In this document: piece by piece, positions 28,410-38,944 of the stretch
How positions within the stretch are numbered: the first letter of the stretch is position 1
Layout: each line of letters begins with the position of its first letter
Source: Candidatus Colwellbacteria bacterium
GTDB lineage: Bacteria; Patescibacteriota; Minisyncoccia; UBA6257; Colwellbacteraceae
Direction: 5' to 3'
DNA: 64,000 nt
Assembly: GCA_016176505.1 (NCBI GenBank)
Contig: JACOXB010000010.1
Coordinates: forward strand, 27,021 to 91,020
Notes under the pieces: model-generated
What the model was told of the DNA's origin: nothing
What the model saw: only the letters and a program-made list of their open reading frames with translations
The model's database searches: none
Made by a program: the position numbers and the translations under genes

Positions 28410-28838
28410 CGCTGTTCACCTCCCGAATTGTCAACGCCCTTAAGGGCACTACGGATTTAATAACTTATTTTATTGATAAAGTCAACTTCAAAATTTCCCC
28501 CCATGAGGTCCTATTTAAAAAAGTCACCATTTTCAGCGATCGCTTAAATCGGTGATATATCGTGCTTTGCCCGTTACTGCCCTGCCCTATGTTTAATAAT
28601 ATGATTAATTATACGGCAACTATAAAACCTATTTTGGGGCGAACCCTATCTCCGTAGAGAACATCTCGGAGCGAGGCTAATAAATAGTGAGCGAGGCTAC
28701 CAAGAAGAAGAGACGCGAACATTGTCTGAATCCCGAGCCAGAGGCGAGGTTGAGTTTGAGAGCGGCTTCACCCCTCTTTAGCCGAACGAACCCTATTTAA
28801 TCCGAGTGGAGAGCGTTCTTGAGGAGATGGGGCTTGCC

Positions 28839-29441
28839 TCAGCCGCGTCTTTCGAGGGCGCTTCCTAAAGTTTCCTCGTCAGCAAATTCGATTTCGCCGC
28901 CGGACGGGATGCCTCGACCAAGCCGCGTAGTTTTTAGAGCCAGATTTTTTAGTTCTTCCTTGATTAGCGAGGCAATTAAATCTGATTGAGGGTTTGGATT
29001 TAAGGCAATAATAATTTCTTTAGCCTTGCCGCCCATTTCTTTTTCGATCCAAGTTTTTAAGCTCTGGAGCCGCAGGCGCTGTTCAGTTTCTAAAACCCCG
29101 GTTTTCCTTAAATCTCCGATAATCAAATAACGGCCGTTAAACTTACCGGTGTTTTCAATCGACATCACATCAGTTTCTTTCTCAACAACCGCGATCACGC
29201 CCATATCCCGTTTCTTATCCTCGCAAATATCACAAAGCCCGCTTGGATTCTCATGAATATAAAAACACTGCCGACAAAGTTTAATTTTTCTTAAATCGGC
29301 AATTACTCCGGCGGTAGTGTGCGCAAAATCAACTCCTTGCTGAATAAAATAAAAAGCGAGACGAATCGCTTGCCTCGGACCAATGCCCGGCAGAGCGGCA
29401 AAAATCTCAGCGAATCGCTTGATCGGCTTCGGCGCCTGCAT
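28839..29441 (-). CDS. recR: Recombination mediator RecR
   Basis: LPGIGPRQA HhH, C4 zinc finger, Toprim, GIPSGGEIEFAD. Confidence 0.93.
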   Translation of the reverse strand: MQAPKPIKRFAEIFAALPGIGPRQAIRLAFYFIQQGVDFAHTTAGVIADLRKIKLCRQCFYIHENPSGLCDICEDKKRDMGVIAVVEKETDVMSIENTGKFNGRYLIIGDLRKTGVLETEQRLRLQSLKTWIEKEMGGKAKEIIIALNPNPQSDLIASLIKEELKNLALKTTRLGRGIPSGGEIEFADEETLGSALERRG

Positions 29442-30783
29442 AAGTTTCTTCGAGATTTTGGAAGCTTACTCTTTGTTTGTCAAAAAAGAGGCGCACTGTT
29501 CCCAAGGGGCCGTTCCGGTGCTTGGCCACAATAATTTCAACCGTATTGTCATCAACCGGCGGCGCATCCATTGAAGTGTCCTGACTCCGAGGATAAAGAA
29601 ACATAACCACATCAGCGTCTTGTTCAATTGCTCCGGATTCACGAAGATCTGCTAACTGGGGCCGTTTAATCCCCCTTTGCTCAACCGCCCGCGAAAGCTG
29701 AGAAACCGCAATAATCGGCACAGCTAATTCACGGGCTAGGCCTTTTAAGCCACGGGAGATCTCGGTCACTTGCTGAACCATGCTGTCCGTGGTTCGACGA
29801 GGCTCAATTAACTGAAGATAGTCAACCACAATTAAACTTAAATCCCCTAGTTCGGCCTGAAGCCTGCGGGCCATTGAGCGCATCTCAACAATATTAGGCG
29901 AAGGACTATCATCAATGTAAAGCGGGGCTGGGCGCAAACGATCAGCCGCGGCAGCGAGCATCTCAAACTCAACTTCGTCTTTCAGCCGGCCAGTTCTTAG
30001 TTTCCAAAGATCAACCTGGGCTTCAGCCGCGATCAAGCGGTCTTCAACCTGGGGCCGGCTCATTTCTAAAGAAAAAATACCAACTGGTTTTTTAAGATCA
30101 ACCGCGATATGACGGGCAATATCCAAGGCGAAGGCGGTTTTACCAAAAGAGGGCCTCGCGCCGATCACAATCAAATCAGATGGCTGGAGCCCGGAAAGAA
30201 TATTATCAAGCTGAATAAATCCGGTCGGCACGCCTCGCAATCCCCCTTCGCCTCGATGGACTCGTTCGATTCGTTCGTAAGCTTCTTTAAGCCCTTCGCC
30301 GATATGAATAAAGTTTTTGGCAATCGAGCGCTGGGAAATAGCAAAAATTCTTTGCTCAACATCGTCTAACAATTTTTCAATATCCTCTTTCGAGGTTAAA
30401 GCCTCTTCGGTTATATGAGCCGAAGCGTTAATTAAACTCCTAAGAACGCTCTTCTCTTTAACGATCTTCGCGTAATGGCTGATGTGAAAAGCGCTCGGCA
30501 CAGAATTTACAAGCTCGGTAAGATAACCTACGCCGCCAGTCTCTTTCAGTTGGCCGCTTTTTTTAAGCGCGGCGCTCACGCTTAAAATATCAATCGGCTC
30601 GCGATCATCCCAGAGGTTAAGAATCCTTTCATAAATTATCTCGTGAGCTTTTTTATAAAAATCATTAGGAGCGAGCAAATCAGCGACAGCCGTAATCGCT
30701 TCTTTATCAAGCATTAAAGAGCCGAGAACTGACTCTTCGGCTTCGAGATCTTGAGGTGGTAATCTTAAATTCTTTTCAGCCAT
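29407..30783 (-). CDS. dnaB: Replicative helicase DnaB
   Basis: [37 protein letters not shown]. Confidence 0.97.
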   Translation of the reverse strand: MAEKNLRLPPQDLEAEESVLGSLMLDKEAITAVADLLAPNDFYKKAHEIIYERILNLWDDREPIDILSVSAALKKSGQLKETGGVGYLTELVNSVPSAFHISHYAKIVKEKSVLRSLINASAHITEEALTSKEDIEKLLDDVEQRIFAISQRSIAKNFIHIGEGLKEAYERIERVHRGEGGLRGVPTGFIQLDNILSGLQPSDLIVIGARPSFGKTAFALDIARHIAVDLKKPVGIFSLEMSRPQVEDRLIAAEAQVDLWKLRTGRLKDEVEFEMLAAAADRLRPAPLYIDDSPSPNIVEMRSMARRLQAELGDLSLIVVDYLQLIEPRRTTDSMVQQVTEISRGLKGLARELAVPIIAVSQLSRAVEQRGIKRPQLADLRESGAIEQDADVVMFLYPRSQDTSMDAPPVDDNTVEIIVAKHRNGPLGTVRLFFDKQRVSFQNLEETYAGAEADQAIR

Positions 30784-32123
30784 AGAAAAGGCCCTTCGGG
30801 CGTGTCTTCTATGGTATATCCTAACGCCTCTACCCTTTTTCTCAAGCGGTCGGCCTGCGCGCTAACTTTGGTTGGTAGTTTTGGTATTTTGCCTCCCCTT
30901 TTAAGCTCGAGACCGAGAACTTTATCAAATTCAAAAGCTAATTCTAATTTAATAGCTGGTGACAGGTTCGACCGGAGCAAATTCTGAAGCACGGCCAAAG
31001 CTCGCGGTATATCCAAGTCATTATTAATTGCCTCGAGAAAATCTTTTTCAAATTTCTTTTTTAACGCAGTTTTACCAGCAGTTTTCTTATTTTTAAGAAA
31101 ATTAAGAAGCGCGATTTCGTGATAAAGGTTATCAAGCCCTCGCTCGGCCGCGAGAAGTGCCTTCCAGGTAAATTTCAGTTTTGAGCGGTAATGAGCGCCA
31201 AGCGTTAAGTAGCGATAACTTAACGGATTAAAGCCTTTATCAATTAATTTTTGAAGGGTGATGATATTGCCCTCAGATTTCCCCATCCGCGCTTTATCTA
31301 AAACTAGGAATTCACCATGGAGCCAGTAACGAGCTAGGGGCTTGCCATAAGCAGATTCACTTTGAGCAATTTCGTTAGTGTGATGGATCGGAATATGGTC
31401 AACACCGCCAGTATGAATATCAAACGGCTGACCTAAGAAATGAGTGGAAATCGCTGAACACTCAATATGCCAACCAGGAAAAGAATGCTTGCCCCAGGGG
31501 GAGGCCCATTCCATTTGCCGTTTCTCGCCAGGCTTAGCAAATTTCCAAAGAGCAAAATCAGTCGGATTTCTTTTCTCCGGATTTTTCTCAACCCGCGCTC
31601 CCTCTTTCAGTTCTTTTAAATTCTGCTTAGCCAACTTACCGTAGTCTTTGAGTTTTGAAGTATCAAAATAAATACCGTCCCGAGTTTGATAGGTGTAACC
31701 TTTTTTCTCTAAAATCTGAACTAATTTAATTTGCCCTTTAATGTAGACAGTGGCTCTAGCTGTTTTATGCGGCGGTAAAATATTCAACTTTTTAGTATCA
31801 GCAAAAAACGCCTTGGCATAGAACCTGGCTAAATCCCAGGCTGATTTCCGCTCCTTCTTGGCTTCTTTCTCAAGTTTATCCTCGCCCATATCCCGATCGC
31901 CGGTTAAGTGACCGACATCAGTAATATTCATCACCTGCTTCACCCGGTAGCCATTATATTCCAGTGTCCGCCGGAGCAAATCTTCAAAAATATAAGTCTT
32001 TAGATTGCCGATATGGGCAAAATAATAAACCGTCGGGCCGCAAGTATAGAGGCCAACGCTATTTTTACGAATCGGCTTGAATACCTCTTTCTTCCGCGAG
32101 AGAGTATTATAAAACCTAATCAC
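30765..32123 (-). CDS. cysS: Cysteine--tRNA ligase
   Basis: [28 protein letters not shown]. Confidence 0.95.
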   Translation of the reverse strand: MIRFYNTLSRKKEVFKPIRKNSVGLYTCGPTVYYFAHIGNLKTYIFEDLLRRTLEYNGYRVKQVMNITDVGHLTGDRDMGEDKLEKEAKKERKSAWDLARFYAKAFFADTKKLNILPPHKTARATVYIKGQIKLVQILEKKGYTYQTRDGIYFDTSKLKDYGKLAKQNLKELKEGARVEKNPEKRNPTDFALWKFAKPGEKRQMEWASPWGKHSFPGWHIECSAISTHFLGQPFDIHTGGVDHIPIHHTNEIAQSESAYGKPLARYWLHGEFLVLDKARMGKSEGNIITLQKLIDKGFNPLSYRYLTLGAHYRSKLKFTWKALLAAERGLDNLYHEIALLNFLKNKKTAGKTALKKKFEKDFLEAINNDLDIPRALAVLQNLLRSNLSPAIKLELAFEFDKVLGLELKRGGKIPKLPTKVSAQADRLRKRVEALGYTIEDTPEGPFLWLKRI

Positions 32124-32156
32124 TATTACGAATTATATAACAAAACCAGCGGTCCT

Positions 32157-32471
32157 TTAGGAACCGCTGATTTTAGTAATCTCCACTTCGGTGAAAGGCT
32201 GGCGATGGCCCTTCTTTTTACGATAGCGGGTTTTGGAATGATAGCGGAAAACAATCACTTTTTTGGCCCGAGCCTGGCGGAGAACTTTGGCTTCTACTTT
32301 AGCGGATTCCAAATATGGCTCGCCGATTTTAACTTCTTTCTCGTCGTTTAAAAGCAGAATCTTATCAAAAACAAAGCTGTCGCCGTCCGGCGTTTCTATT
32401 TTCTCAATCTTAAGTTTATCCCCAGGCGAAACTTTGTATTGTTTTCCACCAGTCTCGATTACCGCAAACAT
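32157..32471 (-). CDS. rplU: 50S ribosomal protein L21
   Basis: MFAVIETGGKQYKV, GHRQPFT. Confidence 0.97.
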   Translation of the reverse strand: MFAVIETGGKQYKVSPGDKLKIEKIETPDGDSFVFDKILLLNDEKEVKIGEPYLESAKVEAKVLRQARAKKVIVFRYHSKTRYRKKKGHRQPFTEVEITKISGS

Positions 32472-32511
32472 AACAAGCTATATTAAACCTGTTTCAGTCG
32501 ATATAGTCAAA

Positions 32512-32847
32512 TTAATTGAGGGTCGCGATTACCCCGGCCACGATCAAAAAAAGAAGCGAGACAACGAGCGTCCCGACACCGATTATATAAGAAAAGAACC
32601 GATCCCGGTGGTAAATCTGCCAAGCTAAAAAGAAATTAATTAGATACATAGTTAAGGCGATGCCGAGAACGCCGAAAAAAGTGCCGACTCCGCCGGCTAA
32701 ATCAATCTCGTCGCTCAGGCGATTTAGTTTAATAATCAACGGCCCACCCGGATCCTGCGGCAAGCCGATATAACCAACCAGAGAAGCGATAGCAATAAAA
32801 ATAAAGCTTGTGAGAAAAAAGAAAATAATTAACCTATCCTTCGCCAT
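32512..32847 (-). CDS. Small 3-TM membrane protein
   Basis: Three hydrophobic helices; start set to ATG 32847. Confidence 0.65.
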   Translation of the reverse strand: MAKDRLIIFFFLTSFIFIAIASLVGYIGLPQDPGGPLIIKLNRLSDEIDLAGGVGTFFGVLGIALTMYLINFFLAWQIYHRDRFFSYIIGVGTLVVSLLFLIVAGVIATLN

Positions 32848-33790
32848 AATTAAGCTTTTTAAACTCTTCAATGAGCGTCGCATCATCCCAAGCAATTCCC
32901 AATCTCTCCGACGAATAGAAACCGGTCCAATCAGCCAAAAGAACGGAATTGAAAAATCGCACTGGCCTTGATTCTCCCTCAAGTGGAGCCGCCTCACCCC
33001 AGAAATAACGCTTCTCTAAATAATCCATCGCTTTCTTTACTCGAGGATCATCTTCATCATCTTTTAGAAAGATATAGGCCGTATAAGGCTTATCTGCTAA
33101 AGCCGCTATTTCGTTATGAGCCAGCTCCGGCAAGACGTTATAAAAAGCGAGGGTCTTCCCAGTTTCGTTCAGCCTTATCTTCCAGTTATAAGCCAAGGCT
33201 TGGTTGCGGGTCGAAGCATAAATAATCGCCGCTTTATTGAAAAGCTGGTCCGCTAAATACTTTCCCTTGTTTTCCCAGCGCATCGGATCAAGTGAAGTAC
33301 TTAAATCTTTTAATTCATTAAGAAGCATTTCTTCGCCCATGAGTTTCAGTGTCGCCCTTACCATTAGACCAACAGCCATTCGGGCCGGCACACCGATATC
33401 AGGAATTTGGACATAAGGAACGCCTTTCTCTTTAGCTAGTTTTAAAAGTTCTCCGCCAGTTGTGACGACAGCGACATTTAAACCGCGACTTTGCGCTTGA
33501 TTAAAGAAATCAATTGTTTCTTTGGTATTCCCAGAATAAGAAACAGCGATGAATAAGGTATCGGCGGCAACCCCCGCCTTCGTTAAAACTTCGGCGGGCA
33601 AGGCATAATCGCGATGTTCGATAATATCGAGTTCCGGCTTTAGGGCTTTAATAATTCCAGCCGCAAGCCCTGAACCACCCATGCCGGCAATGACAAATTT
33701 ATTAAAACCGACTGGCGCCGTATTCTGTATATCTGATTCGTAGCTAAACTGCTCTGGATACTTTTTAACCGCTTCTTCAAAAGAAGCCAT
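32834..33790 (-). CDS. Bifunctional phosphoglucose/phosphomannose isomerase (SIS domain)
   Basis: GMGGSG, SYSGNT.ET, NETGK, PELAHNE. Confidence 0.9.
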   Translation of the reverse strand: MASFEEAVKKYPEQFSYESDIQNTAPVGFNKFVIAGMGGSGLAAGIIKALKPELDIIEHRDYALPAEVLTKAGVAADTLFIAVSYSGNTKETIDFFNQAQSRGLNVAVVTTGGELLKLAKEKGVPYVQIPDIGVPARMAVGLMVRATLKLMGEEMLLNELKDLSTSLDPMRWENKGKYLADQLFNKAAIIYASTRNQALAYNWKIRLNETGKTLAFYNVLPELAHNEIAALADKPYTAYIFLKDDEDDPRVKKAMDYLEKRYFWGEAAPLEGESRPVRFFNSVLLADWTGFYSSERLGIAWDDATLIEEFKKLNYGEG

Positions 33791-33869
33791 AATATAAGCT
33801 TAACAAATTTAAAAAGCAAAGGGGGCGTCCTCCGCAGAGAACGCCCCCGAGCGTCGTGGGGACGTAGTG

Positions 33870-34202
33870 CTAATACTGGTAGTAGTCCTGGACCTCGATC
33901 CACCCCCTGCGGGTGTAAACGTCATATTCGCCCCGGCAGAGATAGGAACCGTGGAACCCCAGTGCTCCTTCTTCGACCGAAGCCCTACCACGGAAATTCC
34001 AGTTTGTACCAGGCGGGAACGGTGGTTCACGATCCAACCCGCTAATGTCGAGCAGGATCGTGATCTTGCTTCCGTAGGAAGTTGACGAGTGGAAGACGTT
34101 ATCGGTGACTCCCACTCTCCGCCAGCCAAGGAAGTAGAGTAAGAAACCCATCTCACTTGGACCGCGCTCGATCTCGAAGCGCGTCCACTTCCGGCGAGGC
34201 AT
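33870..34202 (-). CDS. Hypothetical protein (GC-rich cassette)
   Basis: SD AAGGAGGTG before ATG 34202; hairpin and T-run after stop. Confidence 0.6.
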   Translation of the reverse strand: MPRRKWTRFEIERGPSEMGFLLYFLGWRRVGVTDNVFHSSTSYGSKITILLDISGLDREPPFPPGTNWNFRGRASVEEGALGFHGSYLCRGEYDVYTRRGWIEVQDYYQY

Positions 34203-34463
34203 ACGCCCCACCTCCTTTCAACGTACTGTCGCTATTCAGCCGTAGCGACCTTCGACGTTATCCCCTTACGGGAGACCACCCGCTCATACAAGCAGGAATT
34301 ATTAATAGATAAGCATAAAACTATTTAATAGTCAATAGATAATAATATTATAACATTCTGCAGAATGTTATAATATTCTGTATAGCAAAATCGAGTATAT
34401 AAAAATGCGAAGGCTCCTCCCCGCCCCGGCAGGGAGGAGCCAACGTGTGCGGGCGGAGGTGAA

Positions 34464-35048
34464 TCAACGCCGTAGGAGCTCGAATGTGTTGTGATCGAGA
34501 CGGATGTCTGGCGGGATGTTGTACTCCCGAACCAGCTCCTCGGGGATCGGATCGGGAGATCGATCCATAACCATGGTCCCCAGAGGCAGGGGCGGCCGAC
34601 CGCCATCGGAAAACTGAAGCCTCATTTCCTCCGGCTTCCATCCCGAGACATGGACAACCCGAGGCCGCAAGTAAGAAGCGGCCCTATCGCGCAGCTCTTC
34701 ACGGCACGCGAGACACGTCCAGTGAACTTCTCGATACTCGCGGTCACCGCCGTAGTGATCAGCGGGGCCTCTTGTACCCTCGAGGTAGACCGGTAGAATC
34801 TCGCTTGCCGGCACAGCCCCGTGATGGTAAGTGCAGTAGTCCTTACCGTCTTCGAGCAACCTGCGCCGCAAGAGCGTCAACCGATCCTTACGGTAGCTTG
34901 CGATCTCCCCTTCGAGCGCCCCCCTCTTCTTGTCCAGGGTCCTCTGGGTGGCCTTGAGACCGAAGAACTTCCTTACGATCTCCTTCCCCAGGAAGCCCAG
35001 TTCGCCTTCCTGGAGCTCACCGAATAGAGTCTTCGCTGTCACGCTCAT
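34464..35048 (-). CDS. Hypothetical protein with CxxH...CxxC motif (GC-rich cassette)
   Basis: SD GGAGGTG before ATG 35048; CTYHH...CLAC; hairpin plus CTTCGCATTTTT tail. Confidence 0.65.
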   Translation of the reverse strand: MSVTAKTLFGELQEGELGFLGKEIVRKFFGLKATQRTLDKKRGALEGEIASYRKDRLTLLRRRLLEDGKDYCTYHHGAVPASEILPVYLEGTRGPADHYGGDREYREVHWTCLACREELRDRAASYLRPRVVHVSGWKPEEMRLQFSDGGRPPLPLGTMVMDRSPDPIPEELVREYNIPPDIRLDHNTFELLRR

Positions 35049-35161
35049 CCTTTCTTCACCTCCTCCAATTGTCGATGTGCGGGCGGCCATAAAGCCAAAT
35101 TCACTTTGGCTGATTTTAGGAGATTAGTCAATTATTAAAATTTCTGTTATGATTCCGACGA

Positions 35162-35237
35162 GCTCCCATCGTCTAGTGGCCTAGGACGCATGGTTCTCAT
35201 CCATGTAACCGGGGTTCGATTCCCCGTGGGAGCGCCA
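35162..35237 (+). tRNA. tRNA-Glu(CTC)
   Basis: GCTCCCA/TGGGAGC acceptor, loop ttCTCat, GGTTCGATTCC, encoded CCA. Confidence 0.95.
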
Positions 35238-35392
35238 GAAATAAAAAGACCTGTTGACGGGTCTTTTTGTTTTTGGGGAATCGAACCAGGAAGGGGTCGG
35301 GAAACGGTAGTTTCCCGTGTCGGAAAACAGCGAGCGAAGCGAGTGCCAGAAACCGAGGGTGTCTGGGGAGCGAATGAAAATGAGCGACGTGA

Positions 35393-35410
35393 GATTCCCC
35401 GTGGGAGCGC
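35393..35410 (+). repeat. Direct repeat of the tRNA-Glu 3' end
   Basis: GATTCCCCGTGGGAGCGC identical to 35218-35235. Confidence 0.85.
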
Positions 35411-35422
35411 AAAAAACAAAAA

Positions 35423-37051
35423 CTACTGGCCAATATTGTCCGGCGGGATGTTGTAGTAGTTAATCACAAACTCGGCCAGCTCCCGGAAAGCCGGCACAAC
35501 CGTAAGTCCAGCGAGCGGAGCGCCGGCCGGTTTATTCATTTTAATCATAATAATGAACTCTGGGTCATAAGCCGGGGCAAAACCAACATAAGTGTTAATT
35601 ACCTCGTCAGTGTAACCGCCAGTGGCGAAATTCGGCACTTGAGCCGTTCCGGTTTTGCCAGCCACGTTATATCCCGGGATTCTCGCAATCTCGGCTTTAT
35701 TGACGGCCGAGACCATCATCCCCACCACTTTACGGCTCGCGTCTTCAGAAACTACTCGACCAATCTCTTCCGGTTCTTCACGCGCATCAACATACGGCTT
35801 CATCATTACGCCGTGATTCGCAATCGCGCTAATCGCAGTTAAAAGCTGAATCGGCGTCATTGAAATCCCCTGACCAAAACTAGCCGTGGCGAAGTTAATT
35901 TCCCGCTGGTCTTCTTCAAGCGGTAGAAGACTACCGATAATTTCACTTGGCAAATCAATTTCGGTTTTTTCTTTAAGGCCGAATTTAACTAAATAATTGT
36001 AAAAGTTTTGGTTTCCCAGAGCCCGTTCGGCAAAAGCAGCACCAGTGTTAATTGATTTCTCAATCACGTTCGTCATTGTGACCGTGCCGTGAGCTTTAAG
36101 GTCCCAGTTTTTAATAGTCTTGCCATTCAAAGTTAGAGAACCAGAATCATAAAAAGTAGTATTGGGTGTGATTTTCCCAGCATCAAGAGCCGAAGCCATG
36201 GTAATCACCTTGAAAATAGAGCCTGGCTCATAAACTGCCTGAACTGCCGGATTAAGAAAATTAGCAACCGGAAACTGGCCGTAGTTATTAGGATCAAAAT
36301 CAGGATAGCTCGACATGGCCAAAATCTTTCCAGTCCGAGGATCAGCCACCATTACGGTCCCGCCCTGGGCCCCGTAGTCAGTAATTAATTTTTCTAAAGT
36401 ATTCTCTGCCTGAACCTGGATATTTCGGTCAATAGTTAAATACAAATCCTGGCCAGGCTCGGCTCGAGACAATCTATCACCATTAGTGAAACCAGCTTCG
36501 CCGCCAAGCTGTTCTTCTTGATAAGCCTCAAGCCCATAACGGCCGCCAGGGTTTTCAACGTCAACTGAGGTAAAGCCTAAGAGATGGGCCGCCACTGCCC
36601 CGAGCGGATAAAATCGGGAGTGATCACTGCCAATTTTTATTCCCTTAATATCTGCTTGATTAACCAGCTCGATTTGAGCCTCAGTCGCCCTTTTCACAAT
36701 CGGCTCATAAGGGTCATCGCTTTTGTTTAGGATGTTTAACAGTTCGACCTCGTCGCGACCACTGATACTTGCTAAAAATTCAGCCGCTTCGGCCGGATTT
36801 TCTACTTCTTCGGGAACAATAAAAATTGCCGGATACTCCTTATTAATCGCTGCCGGAATTCGACTGCCGTCTTTATCCGTAAAATAAATCTCTCCCCGAT
36901 AAGGAGTTAAAAATCCGGCTAAGCGATTAATCGATTCGGCCTGAGCCTGATAAAATTCGCTTTTGGTAACCTGAAGATTATAAATATTAAAAATCAGAAA
37001 AGCGTAAAAAACACTAAAACAAACTATTAAAAATGTGATTCGAGCGCCCAT
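35423..37051 (-). CDS. ftsI: Class B penicillin-binding protein (FtsI-like)
   Basis: EPGSIFK (SxxK), KSIN (SxN), GKTGTAQ; position in mraZ-rsmH cluster. Confidence 0.88.
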   Translation of the reverse strand: MGARITFLIVCFSVFYAFLIFNIYNLQVTKSEFYQAQAESINRLAGFLTPYRGEIYFTDKDGSRIPAAINKEYPAIFIVPEEVENPAEAAEFLASISGRDEVELLNILNKSDDPYEPIVKRATEAQIELVNQADIKGIKIGSDHSRFYPLGAVAAHLLGFTSVDVENPGGRYGLEAYQEEQLGGEAGFTNGDRLSRAEPGQDLYLTIDRNIQVQAENTLEKLITDYGAQGGTVMVADPRTGKILAMSSYPDFDPNNYGQFPVANFLNPAVQAVYEPGSIFKVITMASALDAGKITPNTTFYDSGSLTLNGKTIKNWDLKAHGTVTMTNVIEKSINTGAAFAERALGNQNFYNYLVKFGLKEKTEIDLPSEIIGSLLPLEEDQREINFATASFGQGISMTPIQLLTAISAIANHGVMMKPYVDAREEPEEIGRVVSEDASRKVVGMMVSAVNKAEIARIPGYNVAGKTGTAQVPNFATGGYTDEVINTYVGFAPAYDPEFIIMIKMNKPAGAPLAGLTVVPAFRELAEFVINYYNIPPDNIGQ

Positions 37052-37320
37052 TCTGGATTTCGATCTTCAACAAATCCCTTCTCGGCAGCGAGTTGCTCTA
37101 AATTATTGTTATCAACTAGGTTATAAAACTTGTTTTTGAGTTCAGCGTTTTGAACCTTCATTTCTTCAAGGGATTCATTCCCTCTCGAAAGTTCGTGCCT
37201 TAAGTTAACCGTTTCAATGTAGCTAAAAACAACAACAGCGATGGTAGCGATAGTAACCGAGCCCAGGATCAAGGCTAGGCGGCGAACATCCTGATATTTA
37301 TTTGGCTGAATAATTGTCAT
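37027..37320 (-). CDS. FtsL-like cell division protein
   Basis: TM plus coiled coil between rsmH and ftsI. Confidence 0.65.
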   Translation of the reverse strand: MTIIQPNKYQDVRRLALILGSVTIATIAVVVFSYIETVNLRHELSRGNESLEEMKVQNAELKNKFYNLVDNNNLEQLAAEKGFVEDRNPEWALESHF

Positions 37321-37323
37321 TTC

Positions 37324-38241
37324 TTAAATTACTTCGGCGACTCTTAGTTTGGCGCTTCGACTTCTTGAATTTTCTCTAATTTCGTCACTTGTTGCCCTAA
37401 TCGGCTTTTTAGTAACCAGTTTGAGTTCTCCCCTTTTTGCTCCCTCTCGGAAACGGTTTTTCACCAGCCGATCTTCGAGAGAATGAAAAGAGATGATGGC
37501 GATGCGGCCTCCGGACTTCACAATCTTGGTTAAGTTTTGGAGCAGCTGTTCGATATTCTCGATTTCATCATTCACATAGATTCTTAAAGCCATGAATGTT
37601 CTTGTAGCCGGATCAATCCGGCCTCTTTCGTACCCTCGAGGCACGGCTCGCCGAATTATTTCGGCGAGCTCACCGCTCGTCGTGATCGGCTTTTCTTTCT
37701 CTCTTTCGTAAATCGCGGCAGCGATTCTTTTTGCGTAACGCTCGTTACTGGAATCGCGGATGATACGCTCAAGTTCATCTTGTTTCAATCGTCGAAGAAT
37801 TTCGCTGGTCGGCGGCCTCTTAGCGTTGTAAGTCATTGTAAGGGGCTCATCGCGATTGAAACTGAATCCGCGGCCAATCTCGAGCTGTTCCGTCGAGAAA
37901 CCGAGATCAAGCAGTAATCCGTCGGCTTGACCCAGCTTCTCTTCTTTAAGCACTTCGGGCAAATCAGCGTAGTTTCGGTTTTTCAAAATTATTTTTACCG
38001 AATCGGCCTTTAATTCTTTTGCTGATTCCTCGAAGCGATCTACGGCAACTTCATCCCAGTCCAGCCCCAGGAAAATCCCGCCTGGCGTTATTTGCTTAAT
38101 TATTTCTTTGGCGTGTCCGCCAACGCCAAGGGTTCCGTCGATAATGAATTTCCCAGGACTTAGCCCGCCTTCGCCCTGCTTCGGCGAGGCAAGTTCAAGC
38201 GCTTCCAAAACCTGATTTAAAAGAACCGGAATTTGGGCCAT
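37324..38241 (-). CDS. rsmH: 16S rRNA m4C1402 methyltransferase
   Basis: DGTLGVGGH, DLGFS, ATRTFMALRIYVNDE, ISFHSLEDR, SRSAKLR. Confidence 0.95.
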   Translation of the reverse strand: MAQIPVLLNQVLEALELASPKQGEGGLSPGKFIIDGTLGVGGHAKEIIKQITPGGIFLGLDWDEVAVDRFEESAKELKADSVKIILKNRNYADLPEVLKEEKLGQADGLLLDLGFSTEQLEIGRGFSFNRDEPLTMTYNAKRPPTSEILRRLKQDELERIIRDSSNERYAKRIAAAIYEREKEKPITTSGELAEIIRRAVPRGYERGRIDPATRTFMALRIYVNDEIENIEQLLQNLTKIVKSGGRIAIISFHSLEDRLVKNRFREGAKRGELKLVTKKPIRATSDEIRENSRSRSAKLRVAEVI

Positions 38242-38243
38242 AC

Positions 38244-38675
38244 CTAGATGCCCAAGTCAGCCATCTTCTCTGCGATCTCATCCGAAGAGCCTTCGGTCTT
38301 CTTCCGATACTGTTCCCAGATGCGATCGTCCCAAATTTCCAATCGGTTATAAACGCCGATTACGCTCGCTGATTTCTTAAGGCCGGCGTAGCTCCTTAAA
38401 TAATCAGGCACTAGAATCCGGCCCTGAGAATCAAGGCTGACATCAGCCGCGCCAGCAAGCATTAAGCGAACAAAGGCCCGCGAGTTAGCTTGAGCGAGCG
38501 GCAGACTAATTAATTTTTGAGCCAGAGTTTGCCAGTCTTTTTTAGCGAAAACAAAAAGGCAGCGGTCTAAACCGCGAGTAATAATAGCGCCGCCAGAAAT
38601 TACTTTTCTGAATTTTGAAGGGATTGCGATTCTCCCTTTTAAATCAAGACTGTGATGAAATTCTCCGATTAACAT
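38244..38675 (-). CDS. mraZ: Transcriptional regulator MraZ
   Basis: MLIGEFHHSLDLKGR, DSQGRI; start set to ATG 38675. Confidence 0.95.
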   Translation of the reverse strand: MLIGEFHHSLDLKGRIAIPSKFRKVISGGAIITRGLDRCLFVFAKKDWQTLAQKLISLPLAQANSRAFVRLMLAGAADVSLDSQGRILVPDYLRSYAGLKKSASVIGVYNRLEIWDDRIWEQYRKKTEGSSDEIAEKMADLGI

Positions 38676-38694
38676 GTCGCCATAACCCCGGGAC

Positions 38695-38745
38695 TTATCC
38701 ACAGAAAATGGGGTTTTCCACATACTTATCCACTTTTCCCCACTT
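38695..38745 (-). promoter_or_regulatory. Probable MraZ operator (GTGG direct repeats)
   Basis: Minus strand GTGG-N6-GTGG-N8-GTGG and a further GTGG upstream of mraZ. Confidence 0.55.
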
Positions 38746-38944
38746 TTCAATAATCTTACGCCACAACTAATTTTAGGTCAAAGAATTTTTCTGGGGATAA
38801 AAATGAGGAACTATTTATTTAAGCCAAGATTTTGAATCAAACTCCTTCACTTATAAACAGCTTATTCACTTCGCTTGATCAAGGCTCTCAAATAGAAAAA
38901 CAGGGGCTTTAATCTCCCCTGCTTTTCTCTAATTCTCAAATTAA

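Noticed and set aside
35147-35456. ORFs spanning tRNA-Glu
   Set aside because: They overlap a clear tRNA and repeat element.
38690-38870. oriC (DnaA-box-like TTATCCACA words)
   Set aside because: Only one perfect box, overlapping GTGG repeats better explained as the MraZ operator; dnaA and dnaN are not nearby.
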